Origin: Methanomassiliicoccaceae archaeon
GTDB lineage: Archaea; Thermoplasmatota; Thermoplasmata; Methanomassiliicoccales; Methanomassiliicoccaceae
DNA length: 64,000 nt
Assembly: GCA_963728405.1 (NCBI GenBank)
Contig: CAVSJV010000003.1
Location: 96,001 to 160,000, forward strand
Direction of reading: 5' to 3'
Positions within the stretch are counted from its first letter, which is position 1; each line of letters opens with the position of its first letter. Position numbers and translations under genes: made by a program. Under the pieces are notes generated by a model, which had not been told where the DNA came from, did no database searches, and saw only the letters and a list, made by a program, of their open reading frames with translations. This document shows, piece after piece, positions 1 to 10,313 of the stretch.

Positions 1-1315
1 TCTTAACGAGGATCGCGCGCTTCTCTCCTAGGGTCGAGGCCTCGTTCAGCAGGCGTTCGGTGAGGAGAAGCTCGCCGAACAAGCTGCCGCACTCCGCCAC
101 GCACAGGGAGACCTGACAGTTGCTGGGGTTCTGGGCCCGAGTATATAGATAGGCATGCACGGCATGGCCGAGCTCGTGAGCAAGGGTGAACATATCGTTG
201 AGGCGGCCGTTGTAGGAGGACAGTATGTAGGCTGACCGCCCCTGGACCCAGGTATCGCAGAACGCGCCGGTCCGCTTGCCCTTGCGCAGCTCTCCGTCCA
301 AGTGACGGCGGTCGAACATATCCCGGACCCACTCTCCATACTGGGGGTCGAAACCAGCGTAGGTGGAGATCAGGACCTCGCAGGCCTGATCCCAGGTCCA
401 AGTCTCGTCCGGGGCATCGGGAAGCGGCGCCCTAAGGTCCCAGTTGCCGAGGGTCTCCAGACCTAGCAGTCCGGCCTTGAGACGGAAATAGCGCTGGACC
501 AGGGAGGCATTGCTGTCCACCACCCTCATCAGGGCGGCAATGGCCTCCTCCTCGACATCATTGGCGATGAGGCTAGAGGTGAGAGGGGACGGATACTGGC
601 GGAGCTTGCACATTTGGATATGGTCGGTCCAGATCGTCCTCAGTGCGTCGGCCCATAATAGTTGGTCCTCGCCCAGAGTTGTCCCCAAGGCGTGGTAGGC
701 CGCTTTGCGGGTGGCCCGGTCGGGATCATAGATGAGGGGGACCATCTCACCCATGGTCAGGACCTTCTCCTCTCCTCGGACCAGCGGGCGGAACTGCCGG
801 GTACTGAGCCACTTGCTCTGTAGCTTGGACCAAGCGGTGACCCCGGTCTGGTCCTTGGCCATGATGATCCGCTCCTCCGCCTCCGATAGCAGGTACGGGG
901 CCACCCGAAGGTTCCGCTCCAGATAGTGGCTATAGTCGGCCAGCGCCGGGTCATCAACCAGTTCGGGCCGGGCGGCGAGCAACTTCCCCAGTTCGATCCC
1001 CAGGAAGGCCATGTGCTGGCCGGCCTCGGTGCTGGCGTTGGAATAGGCATTGTAAAGCGAATTGGCCACCGGGTCGCTCTGATCGGCGGCAAAGGACAGC
1101 GAGCAGTACATCGCCGCCCCCTCGTAGCGCAGGGAAAGGTCGTCCTTGGCCTTGAGCATCTCCATGAGCTGTTGTGAAGGGAGCCCCCCGACCTTGCCGC
1201 GGTAGCGCTGGGCAAACCGGGCGCTGTCCTCGACCATTGAAAAAAGCTGTGCCTTCACCCGCTCCGGGTCGGAGCTCTCAACGATCTGGGAAAGGTCCCA
1301 CTTCATGTCGGCCAT
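1..1315 (-). CDS. pepF: M3-family oligoendopeptidase F (runs off the left edge)
   Basis: Manual translation from ATG at 1315 (MADMKWDLSQIV...) stays open to the edge; contains RKGKRTGAFC and the zinc motif HELGH (~164-178). Missing from the ORF track because it has no stop in the window. Confidence 0.9.
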   Translation of the reverse strand, partial: MADMKWDLSQIVESSDPERVKAQLFSMVEDSARFAQRYRGKVGGLPSQQLMEMLKAKDDLSLRYEGAAMYCSLSFAADQSDPVANSLYNAYSNASTEAGQHMAFLGIELGKLLAARPELVDDPALADYSHYLERNLRVAPYLLSEAEERIIMAKDQTGVTAWSKLQSKWLSTRQFRPLVRGEEKVLTMGEMVPLIYDPDRATRKAAYHALGTTLGEDQLLWADALRTIWTDHIQMCKLRQYPSPLTSSLIANDVEEEAIAALMRVVDSNASLVQRYFRLKAGLLGLETLGNWDLRAPLPDAPDETWTWDQACEVLISTYAGFDPQYGEWVRDMFDRRHLDGELRKGKRTGAFCDTWVQGRSAYILSSYNGRLNDMFTLAHELGHAVHAYLYTRAQNPSNCQVSLCVAECGSLFGELLLTERLLNEASTLGEKRAILVK

Positions 1316-1469
1316 ACTTTCTCCCGTCCTTCTGCCAGGATAGCCATGGGACGATATTTGTAGCTAAGGGCCTTGGAAATGGTGAGATAGTACGTGATAA
1401 CCATTGTCAATGGGGGGCACTTTTATGTAGGTTAGGTGCCTGCGCACGTCCCATCCAAGAGGGATAACA

Positions 1470-1880
1470 ATGGACGAAGCGACCGAGAAGGCCGTGGCTG
1501 AGAACATGGAAGCTCTAGCATTTGTGGACCGAGCCATACGCATGGACAAGGACCGGTTCCTGGATATCAGCAGGAAGGTCAACGAGCTCATCGAACTGTT
1601 GCAGGGGTCCGGAACGAACCCAGTGACCATATACTACCTCACCCGCGCTCTCGACCAGTATGCCTCCGACAAACTGTCCGGTTTCGGCCGGACGGTCGAG
1701 GAGAACCGACCGGAGGGCTCGGACCTCGGCCCCGAGAGCCTCAAGAAAGCATGCGACCAGCTGTTCGCCCTGGCCCTGGAGGACGCCGCCAAGATGTCCA
1801 AGGAGGATCAGCAGCGCCTGATGGAGGAGCACGCGGAATCGCAGAAGAAGAGCGCCAATGGCCTGGTCGGCTACGCCTGA
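1470..1880 (+). CDS. hypothetical protein
   Basis: 136-aa ORF with GAGGGA RBS-like sequence upstream; no recognisable motif. Confidence 0.7.
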   Translation: MDEATEKAVAENMEALAFVDRAIRMDKDRFLDISRKVNELIELLQGSGTNPVTIYYLTRALDQYASDKLSGFGRTVEENRPEGSDLGPESLKKACDQLFALALEDAAKMSKEDQQRLMEEHAESQKKSANGLVGYA

Positions 1881-2108
1881 GCCGGCCCTCTCCCCTTTTC
1901 TTATCCCAAGAATATCATCCTCTTCACGTCTGGCCCGCTTAGTCAGACCTTCTTATTATCTCTAATGATATCTGGGAACGAGCGGTTATGAACCCCGTTC
2001 CCGGTGGTGCTCGCAGCATGAACTGTCACCATAATGCTCTGGTCAAAGCAGGACCGCTCTGCGCACCTCGAACACTAGGCACCAACCACATAATCCGGAG
2101 GGGATAGG

Positions 2109-2480
2109 ATGGGCATCTTTTCCGGCATCAGTGAGGGGGTGGTCGCCTCCATACTTTGCGGGCACTTCAAGAAGTACGCGGGACCGGATTGCGCCGACCT
2201 CCGTTTGGCCATCGGTCAGAACATCGACCTCTATCAACTATGGGTCGATAATGCCCGCGCCGAGGGCATTCGAGGCCCCCGGGAAGTTAGGTCCTGGGCC
2301 CGCATGTTCCCGAAGGTCCAGAACTTGATGACTCCCAAGAACATGTCAAGCGGTGGCTCCGGGAGCAGGGGCTGGGGAACATCGCCCGCACGGTGGAGGC
2401 CACCGAGGGCGGCGAGCAGTGGCTGGAATGGCAGTTGGGCCGCTTCCGGACCGGGCTGTGGGGTAATGAGGCCCCTGTGA
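2109..2480 (+). CDS. hypothetical protein (probable frameshift near 2342)
   Basis: GGAGG RBS; protein-like to ...LMTPKN, then a shifted frame reads VKRWLREQGLGNIARTVEATEGGEQWLEWQL. Confidence 0.55.
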   Translation: MGIFSGISEGVVASILCGHFKKYAGPDCADLRLAIGQNIDLYQLWVDNARAEGIRGPREVRSWARMFPKVQNLMTPKNMSSGGSGSRGWGTSPARWRPPRAASSGWNGSWAASGPGCGVMRPL

Positions 2481-2548
2481 AGCGCTCAAGACCGTCCGAA
2501 GAGCCTATCGATCCACTTCGACCCTCCTCTGGGCGGGCCAATTGAGCC

Positions 2549-3301
2549 CTAAGCTACTTCCTTTTCCCGGAACGCCAACGCGCCCAGCCCCAACATCACG
2601 GCGGTCACCGCCATCAGGACGAGGGCAGCTACCCCGGCGTCCCCGGTGACGGCGGATATGTTCCCGTGATCGATCAGGGACGAGGCGATCACCGCTAGCT
2701 GATGCTTGATCGTATATTCGCCGATCGCTCCGGGAAGCGACCCGACAAAACCCTCCCAGATGAAGACATAGAACAGCCCCAGATAGATGGGTTGCTTGAG
2801 GGCCACACCCATCACCAGGAACAGGGAGGAGTACACTATGCTGCCCAGTACCAGTACCACGGAATAGGAGAGGAGGATGCTCGTCGCGTCCCCGTCCACG
2901 CCGGTCGGCAGGAAAAAGCTGGACCAACCCACCAGGTTGATGATGAGCAGCATCACTGAGAGCACCCCGATCAACGAGAGGTAGTAGCCGATGTAGGCGA
3001 CCCGGCGGTCGATCGGCGAGGTGATCACCTGGGTGATGCTCCGGTCATCGATCTCGTTGCGGATCATGGATGCCCCGTAGATCATGGCCAGGATTGGCAG
3101 GAGGAAGGTGAGGACCAGCAAGTTCAGCAGGTCATAGCCCATCACCAGCCGGTCTCCCGGCTGGGTGGCCGCAAAGCCCATGGCCACTCCCACCAGGGCG
3201 GCCAGCAGGGCCACCACCATCCACCGGCGATGCAACAGGAGCTTTTTGGTGGAGAACCGGACCATCGACCGCAGCTGTATCATGTTCATGGACGCGTCCA
3301 C
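2549..3301 (-). CDS. ABC-2 type transporter permease
   Basis: Multiple TM segments; EIDDRSITQVITSP motif; operon with ATPases. Confidence 0.85.
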   Translation of the reverse strand: MDASMNMIQLRSMVRFSTKKLLLHRRWMVVALLAALVGVAMGFAATQPGDRLVMGYDLLNLLVLTFLLPILAMIYGASMIRNEIDDRSITQVITSPIDRRVAYIGYYLSLIGVLSVMLLIINLVGWSSFFLPTGVDGDATSILLSYSVVLVLGSIVYSSLFLVMGVALKQPIYLGLFYVFIWEGFVGSLPGAIGEYTIKHQLAVIASSLIDHGNISAVTGDAGVAALVLMAVTAVMLGLGALAFREKEVA

Positions 3302-3302
3302 T

Positions 3303-4235
3303 TTACCACCTCACCAGGTATCGAAAGACCGACTCAAGATCGTCATCGGTGGAGTGCATGCTCTCCAGTTCGGCTCCCGACCCGCTCACCAGGTCGGGGA
3401 TCGCATCGAAGAACGCATCCGGTCGGTTCACCTTGACGGTGAGGCCTCGGCGGTCATCCCGCAGCTCCACTGACACGGTGAAGTCGCGGTCGATCAATCG
3501 TTTGGCCAGTTCGTTCATGCCCCGCCCCTCCAGCAAGATGTTGTGAGGGTAGCTACTCATCAGCCCCCGGATCTCCTGGATGTCCCCGGTGGCCACCGCG
3601 CGTCCCTTGTAGATGAGGGCGACGTTGTGGGTCAGCCTCTCCACCTCATGCAGGACATGCGAGGACACTATGATATCGTGGCCGTGCTCACGATGCAGAC
3701 CTTTCACCAGGTCCATTAGCTCCCGCCGTACCGCTGGATCGGTCCCCGTGAACGGCTCATCGAGCAGCAGAAGCGGGGGATCGTGGACGAGCGAACCACC
3801 GATCTTGATGCGCTGCTTCATCCCCTTGCTGTAGCCGCCCATGCGCCGGTCGGCGTTGGTGGTCATCTCAACCAGGCGAAGGATGGTGTCGACCCGCCCG
3901 TCCCGGGCCAGGCCGCTCATCCCGTGGAGTCCAGCGGTGAACCGGAGGTAGTCCCTTCCGGTCAGGTCCAACGGCAGAAAATCATAGTCCGGGCAGAAGC
4001 CGATCTGACGAAGCTGGGCGGAGTTCTTCCAAGGCCTCTCCCCCAGCACGGTAAGTTCGCCCACATTGGCCTTGATCGTCCCGGTGACCAGTTTAAAGAA
4101 GGTGCTCTTGCCGGCGCCATTGGGACCGACGATACCGGTCATGCCCTTGGGTACGTCCATGGTAAAGTTGTTGAGGCCGATGACCCCGCCGTACCACTTG
4201 GACAGGCCCTGGGCGGAGATGATGGGGGCGCTCAC
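3303..4235 (-). CDS. ABC transporter ATP-binding protein
   Basis: Walker A GPNGAGKS, signature YSKGMKQR, Walker B LLLDEP. Confidence 0.95.
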   Translation of the reverse strand: MSAPIISAQGLSKWYGGVIGLNNFTMDVPKGMTGIVGPNGAGKSTFFKLVTGTIKANVGELTVLGERPWKNSAQLRQIGFCPDYDFLPLDLTGRDYLRFTAGLHGMSGLARDGRVDTILRLVEMTTNADRRMGGYSKGMKQRIKIGGSLVHDPPLLLLDEPFTGTDPAVRRELMDLVKGLHREHGHDIIVSSHVLHEVERLTHNVALIYKGRAVATGDIQEIRGLMSSYPHNILLEGRGMNELAKRLIDRDFTVSVELRDDRRGLTVKVNRPDAFFDAIPDLVSGSGAELESMHSTDDDLESVFRYLVRW

Positions 4236-5054
4236 TTGCCCACCCCCTTGCTAAATATCCGCCAGTAGGCGATCAGCAGGGGCGGGACGGTCAACATCAC
4301 GGCCATGAGCAAGAGGAGCACTGGATCGATGGCGGACGACAGCGTTCGCCCGAACATGACATCGTAGGAGGCTACCAGCACGGTACGGGGGGCCAGCACC
4401 TGCCAGCTCGGATCGAACCGGGAGAAGATGCTCCCCAGGATCTCCAAGAGAAAGAATGTCATGAAGGTGCCCACCGCGGCGTAGGTCTTCCGGGCTGGTC
4501 AACGAGGAGAGCATTAGTCCTACCGGAAGTAGGAATAGCATGGTCCAGGCTCCTGCTAGAACGGTCTGCCCGACGACCACGGTGCTGGAAAGATAGTCGT
4601 CCCCGGACTGAGTGACCAGGACCGCCAGCGCCAGTGCCATGGGCATGAACAGAGTGAAGATGGACAGGACCATCAATGCTCCCAGGGCCTTCCCCAGAAG
4701 ATAGTCGTCCGCCCGCAGGGCGCGAGAAAGATAGAGGACCAGGGAGTTGGCTCGGAGGTCCTCTGCTATCAGGTCCGAGCAGACCATGGACACCAGGATC
4801 AAGGCGAAGATGTAGAAGAGCACCCCCCCGAACTGGTCGAGCATCATCCCGGCGGTCAGGGAGAGGTGGGGCATTGTAGACAGGAAGAGCATGGAGAGAC
4901 CATGCACCAAGAACGTCCCTAAGACCAGTATGCCGATGAACCAGGTCGAGCTCAGCTTTTCATGGAACACCTGGTTGGCGATGGTCAGGAACCGTTGCCC
5001 ATGCTCGCTCCTAGAGCCCTTCCAGGACCCATACTGTATAGGGGTAAGGCCCAT
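4232..5054 (-). CDS. ABC-2 type permease (frameshift near 4490)
   Basis: Starts MGLTPIQY at 5054; IAEDLRANSLVLYLSR motif; C-terminus continues in ORF 4232..4474. Confidence 0.8.
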
Positions 5055-6043
5055 CAGACCGCCTCCTTCACCGCGCTTATGAAATAGTCCTCCAGGGTCA
5101 TCCGGTCGGGCAGGTAGGAGCGGACCTGGACCCCTTCTTTCTTGGCCAGTTCGAATAGCGGTCCGCTTCCGTGCTTGCTGACCAGGACCACCATCATCTG
5201 GCCGAACTCCTCCGAGACCGAGATGATCTCGTGGTCCTGCCCCAAGTGTTCGATGAAGGCCTTGAGCCGTTCGGCGGCCCCTCGGACCTGCACTTTCTTC
5301 CGGTCCACCTCCTTGGCCAGCAGGTGCTCGATGCTCCCTTGGGCCACTGCCCGCCCGCCGGTCACGATGACCACGTTCCGACACACCTTCTCCACGTCCT
5401 GGAGGATGTGCGAGGATACCAGGATGGTCTTCTCCGAAGCGGCGATGCGGGCGATGAGGTCCAGCATCTCCTCTCGTCCCAGCGGGTCCATGCCGTTGGT
5501 CGGCTCGTCGAGGAACAGTATGTCGGGATCATGGACGATGGCCTGGGCCAGCTTGATCCGCTGCTTCATCCCCGTCGAGTAGGTTCTAATGGGTCGGTAC
5601 CTTTCCTCTCCTATCCCAACAAAGTCCAGCATCTCGTGGCTGCGAGGGATGGCGTCGCTCTTGGACATGCCCGAGAGCCGGCCCATGTACGAGACCAGCT
5701 CGATGCCGGTCGTGGCGTCGATGAGGCAATCGTGCTCGGGCATGTACCCGATGCGATCTCGTATGGCCATCATCGAACCCCGGGAGTCCAGGCCGGAAAC
5801 GGTCATCTGGCCGCTCAATGGCTCTACGAGGCCGAGCACGGCCTTGATGAATGTGCTCTTTCCCGCCCCGTTGGGGCCGAGCAGACCGACGATACCCCGG
5901 GAGATGTCGATGGAGAAATGGTCCAACGCAGTGATCTGGCCATAGCGCACGACCACATCCTGGGCGATGATACGTCCGGTACGATCCGACCCGTTTTCCA
6001 TCGCTGGATGGGACTTTCCCACTTCCTGGCATTCCCCGGTCAT
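5054..6043 (-). CDS. ABC transporter ATP-binding protein
   Basis: GPNGAGKS, YSTGMKQR, LFLDEP, SSH motifs. Confidence 0.95.
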   Translation of the reverse strand: MTGECQEVGKSHPAMENGSDRTGRIIAQDVVVRYGQITALDHFSIDISRGIVGLLGPNGAGKSTFIKAVLGLVEPLSGQMTVSGLDSRGSMMAIRDRIGYMPEHDCLIDATTGIELVSYMGRLSGMSKSDAIPRSHEMLDFVGIGEERYRPIRTYSTGMKQRIKLAQAIVHDPDILFLDEPTNGMDPLGREEMLDLIARIAASEKTILVSSHILQDVEKVCRNVVIVTGGRAVAQGSIEHLLAKEVDRKKVQVRGAAERLKAFIEHLGQDHEIISVSEEFGQMMVVLVSKHGSGPLFELAKKEGVQVRSYLPDRMTLEDYFISAVKEAV

Positions 6044-6112
6044 CCATCGGGAATGGCTGTTGGAATACTTATAGCGACAGAAAGAAAGATCTATTACCGA
6101 CCTCGAGGGAGG

Positions 6113-6570
6113 TCAACCGCTCGAGGGTCCGGTGGATTGCGGCATTTCTATCGAAGAGAGTTGATGATCGGGTTCGTCCGGGCCGTAAGAGACATGGGGA
6201 CGTCGTTTGAACCGCTTGAACAGCGTCAGAACTGGTTTCCCCAGCACCGCGGCGAACACCACATTGCCGATGATGTGCAATACGCCAAAGGTATGCCGGC
6301 CACGAAAGAGGGAACGAACGGGTTGGGATCGCTGCGATAGAAAGTGATCCAGCTGCTGAAATCCATCAGGGCGTTGTACGCCTGTCCGAGGACCACGCAA
6401 AGCATGATGATATGCGTCACCGTGATCTCGCCCTTGATCTTCTTCCCACGTGGCCTGCGATTATGTCCACCATGGCCCACGCGACCATGCCCTAGGCCGT
6501 CCATGACCCCCGATCGAAGAACAGGTTGGACACCGCCGCGGTCATCGGGCAGATGAGGGCGTTCCACGCC
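6113..6570 (-). pseudogene. 3' remnant of an ECF transporter S-component
   Basis: Pieces in shifting frames: AAVSNLFF.RGSWTA*, MVAWAM, LGQAYNALMD, AGIPFGVLHIIGNVVFAAVLGKP; no N-terminus; in-frame TAG plus frameshifts. Confidence 0.55.
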
Positions 6571-6604
6571 CTCCTACGCCCCATTCGGTCGTCTGCCCGC
6601 CCGT

Positions 6605-7765
6605 TCAACGCTCATCGATGGGGACGTAGACGCAATCGATTTCCCCGACGTAGGTGCTGGAGGGACGATATATCGCCGGCTTGACCGGGGCCTTGGGGAA
6701 CTTCTCCTCGAGTACATGCGCACACCATCCGGCCGAGCGGGACATGGCGAACACTGGTGGAAAGAAGTCGTGGTGGATGCCCATGGCATGGTAGATCGAT
6801 GCGCTATAAAGGTCGACGTTAGGGTAGATATCCTTTCCCTTGTTCTTCCTAAACAGGTCCTGGGTGGTAATGGCCATCCGCTCGGTCATCTCGTACCATC
6901 GATATTCGGGATGGTCCTTCAATATCGTCTGGGCCATTATCTGGAGGATTCTGGCCCGGGGATCCACGGTCTTATAGACTGCATGCCCCATGCCCGAGAC
7001 CCTCTTCCCATGCTTCAGCTGCTCCTCTACCCACGCCTCCACGCTCTCCGGGTCGTTAGTGTCGATGAGGTTTCGCATAACCTGGGCGTTGGCCCCGCCA
7101 TGCAATGGTCCTGATAGAGCGCCGATACCGGCGGACACCGCCGAATACATGTCGGCCCGGGTCGAGGCCACCACCCGGGCAGCGAAGGTCGAGGCGTTGA
7201 AGGTGTGGTCGGCGTGAATGATCATGGCCACGTCCATGAACCGGGCGATCTCCTCGGCCGGCTCCTTTCCCTTGAGCATCCAAAGGAAGTTGGCGGCGTG
7301 GGAGAGATCCATGTTCGGTTCGACCGAACCCTGGTTGTTCTTCAACCGCTTCCAGGCGGCCACGATGGATGGCATGGCGGCGATGATCCGCATGGCTTTG
7401 TTCTCGTTCGCTTCCTTTGATTCTTCCTCTCGCTCCGGATCATAACCGGACAGTAGGGCAACACCAGCCTGCAGGACCGCCATCGGCGGCGTTTCCAAGG
7501 GAAGCATATCCAAGGAGGCGACCAATCCGCTCGGCAGTCCGCGATTGGATGCCAGCTCCTTCGAGAACTCCCTCAGCTGGTTCTGTTTCGGCAATCTCCC
7601 CCTAACGAGCAGATAGGCGACCTCTTCAAAATTCGATTCACGGGCCAGATCCTCGATGCAGTAGCCTCGGTACTGAAGCTTGCCGGCCTCCCCGTCCACC
7701 ATACTAATGCGGGTCGTAGCTGCCTTAATGCCCCTTAACCCGCTGTCCTCACGATTCGCCATCAA
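6605..7765 (-). CDS. gltA: citrate synthase (Si-type; 2-methylcitrate synthase not excluded)
   Basis: DHTFNAST, GPLHGGAN, GMGHAVYK, YPNVDLY motifs. Confidence 0.9.
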   Translation of the reverse strand: MMANREDSGLRGIKAATTRISMVDGEAGKLQYRGYCIEDLARESNFEEVAYLLVRGRLPKQNQLREFSKELASNRGLPSGLVASLDMLPLETPPMAVLQAGVALLSGYDPEREEESKEANENKAMRIIAAMPSIVAAWKRLKNNQGSVEPNMDLSHAANFLWMLKGKEPAEEIARFMDVAMIIHADHTFNASTFAARVVASTRADMYSAVSAGIGALSGPLHGGANAQVMRNLIDTNDPESVEAWVEEQLKHGKRVSGMGHAVYKTVDPRARILQIMAQTILKDHPEYRWYEMTERMAITTQDLFRKNKGKDIYPNVDLYSASIYHAMGIHHDFFPPVFAMSRSAGWCAHVLEEKFPKAPVKPAIYRPSSTYVGEIDCVYVPIDER

Positions 7766-7930
7766 GCAAGGTAAATGGTTTCTATTATTTTTCTTAAACT
7801 GTTAGATTATGGTCGCATCACAGCAAAGGTGTTGGAAAATCAGCGTCCCGTCCGGAGCTATGCTTATTTCTAGATACATCTAAACACCGCTCGCGTCACC
7901 TGCGTGATCGCCGTCGGAACAAAAGGGAGG

Positions 7931-9035
7931 TCAGCGGACCGTCACCTCCTTAACGAGAGGGGGGCTGACCGCCTGCCCGTTCTTGGTCAGGGTGAATATG
8001 AAGAGATAATGGCCGGCCTGATGGAAGGTGATGTATCCACTGCCTTCCGGTTGCCATACGCCCCTGGTCCAAGCGTCCCATGCCCCGCCGCCATAGGTTA
8101 GCTCCTTCCCGGTGGGGGTCATCGCCGCATTACCCGTTAGCCTGGTATTCCCCTCCCCGATCCAGTTGGTATAGAAGACCGAGTTGTACCCGTTCTCCCA
8201 TGCCGACACCACCGAGGTGCGTTCCAGGTCGCCCCTGGTCGACGTTCAAGGCGCCGGTGTTGTACTTCGCAAGGTCACCGCCCACGACCATGCCCTCGGG
8301 GTTGATCACCGAGATCGTCCAATTGTAGAACGAGGTCCAGTTCTCGGTCGCCCGCCACAGGTCCGTGGTAGAGGCCGAGATGGTGAAGTTCATCTCTTCG
8401 CCCACGGCGAGCGAGTCAAGCCATCCGGAGGTGGATCGAACGCCAAGACTAGGCATGTCGAAGAGGCAGGCAGGCTCGACCACGGAGACATCGATAGCAC
8501 TTGACCTGTCCGTCAGGTCCCCGTTCGTTGCATTGTTGGGGATCGCTTCCAGCGAGAAGTCACCTGCTCGGCTGAAGCTTATCATGATCAGAGTACCATT
8601 GGGGCTACACGAGGCCGCCTCGTCGCCTCCCGGCAGTGTCCCATGTACACCCTGGGAGTCCTCCACCATTTCCCAAGGCAGTGATAGCCCATCCGGTCGG
8701 AGAGTCCTTACCTGGACGTCCGAGCGGTTCGCCCCGTCTACGTACAGAGCATTGGAGAAGGTCGTACCGTTCGTTCGATCGTCGTTCAGCTGCAGGAAGA
8801 GCGGCTGACCGACCAGGAACGGCCCGTCGCCCCCGGTGAGATCGTTCCGAATGAACAGCTGTTGCTGCCCTTCAACGCTCTCCGATGCTCCCTTATCTGT
8901 TGTTCGGTCCAATGCGGACGCTGGGCCCTGACCCATTGGTGCTGCTGCCACGATTACGGCGAGCGTGATCATAGCAACCGAGACCAGAAGAATAACGGTG
9001 ATTTTTTTATTCCTCAATCCATCCCCGCAAACCAC
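7931..9035 (-). CDS. secreted/surface protein (frameshift near 8230)
   Basis: N-terminal signal/TM segment; Thr/Ser/Asn-rich with NxT/S sequons; continues in ORF 7931..8212. Confidence 0.65.
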
Positions 9036-9101
9036 GTGGCAGCCTATCCTAGATAAGGGTGCGGATTGGAGCCACCATCCGGTTGGATGAGCCGTTCGCG
9101 C

Positions 9102-10019
9102 TCATTCCCTAAGCCGCAACAACGCAGCCAGGTTCCGGGGGAAGATGGTGAGGTCCAACCCCATCGACTTGAGCTTGCTCCCCATCGAGGCCGCCTCGTC
9201 CCCGCTGAACTTGCCATCCAGGAGATAGGCGGTCTCCTCTTCCGAGAACTCCCCCCTCACCTCGGCCCATCCCTGAACCCCCTTATTGTAAGGGCACACC
9301 CTCTGGCAGCGCATGCATCCGACGATGGCGTTGTGCGTCCCAGGGTCCACCCAGCTCGGGAAGGCCATGCCGGACCCTTTCTCATTAAGGTATGACAAGC
9401 ACTTTTCTGCCCTCAAGAGGAAACGGCCCTCGGAGATCGCGCCGGTCGGGCAGGCCTGCAGGCAAGCTTGGCAGGTCTCGCACCCCTCCATCAGCTTTCT
9501 CTCCTGCCACTGGTCCTCCTTGCAGGGCAGGTCGGTGAAGAACGCGGTCAGGCGGTGAGAGCTGCCGAACTTCGATAGGTAGGTGATGTTGTTGCGGCCG
9601 TAGCTAACTAGGCCGCTATGGGCAGCCAGGGTCTTGAGGGGCAGCCGAGCCTTGACGAAACGGTAGGATTCCGGCAGCAGGACCTTGTTCAAGATGGAGA
9701 TCGCCTGGGCATCGACCTCGGCGGCGTCGGCATAGGTCGGCGGGACGGTCAGCGGTATCTCCCTGCCCTTCCATCGGAAGATCGTGATGATGACCGGCTG
9801 GGGCTTCGCCACCACGATGAGGGACCGAGCGTCCGGAAGCTCCGACGGAAGCTGGTACTCGAAGTTGGCCAGGCCCTCTTGGTAGAACGATGGATCGAAC
9901 AGGCCGTCACGGTGCAATCTCTCGACGTCCTCCCTCAGCGCTTCCAGATGACCGACGGAGATCATCCGGGCAAAGCAACCGCTGCTCAGCATCTGCTCGT
10001 GGAATTTTAGTAGCTCCAT
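9102..10019 (-). CDS. QueG-like 2x[4Fe-4S] protein (epoxyqueuosine reductase/reductive dehalogenase superfamily)
   Basis: LPLKTLAAHSGLVSYGRNNI, CETCQACLQACP, KCLSY, GCMRCQRVCP. Confidence 0.8.
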   Translation of the reverse strand: MELLKFHEQMLSSGCFARMISVGHLEALREDVERLHRDGLFDPSFYQEGLANFEYQLPSELPDARSLIVVAKPQPVIITIFRWKGREIPLTVPPTYADAAEVDAQAISILNKVLLPESYRFVKARLPLKTLAAHSGLVSYGRNNITYLSKFGSSHRLTAFFTDLPCKEDQWQERKLMEGCETCQACLQACPTGAISEGRFLLRAEKCLSYLNEKGSGMAFPSWVDPGTHNAIVGCMRCQRVCPYNKGVQGWAEVRGEFSEEETAYLLDGKFSGDEAASMGSKLKSMGLDLTIFPRNLAALLRLRE

Positions 10020-10313
10020 ACTTTCCCCTACCTTTTACCGCAGGCCATTTGGTCATTATCATCGCTGGACATAATCCCTGCGGTCGAATGTACTGCGTGA
10101 GAACATGCCCCCCACCATGAAGGGGGTGCGGATCACTTGGAGAGGTGGACGGCGTAATGAGATTTTGCGGAGACATGCGGCTTGGCCCGTCTCGACCTCG
10201 CTAACCGACATCTGGCCTCGACGCTCGATTCAGCATCGACCTCATTTCTATTCGTATGAGCACGAGATGATACCCAAAGCATCAAGAACGGCCTGCTCAA
10301 TGTAGTAGAACTG

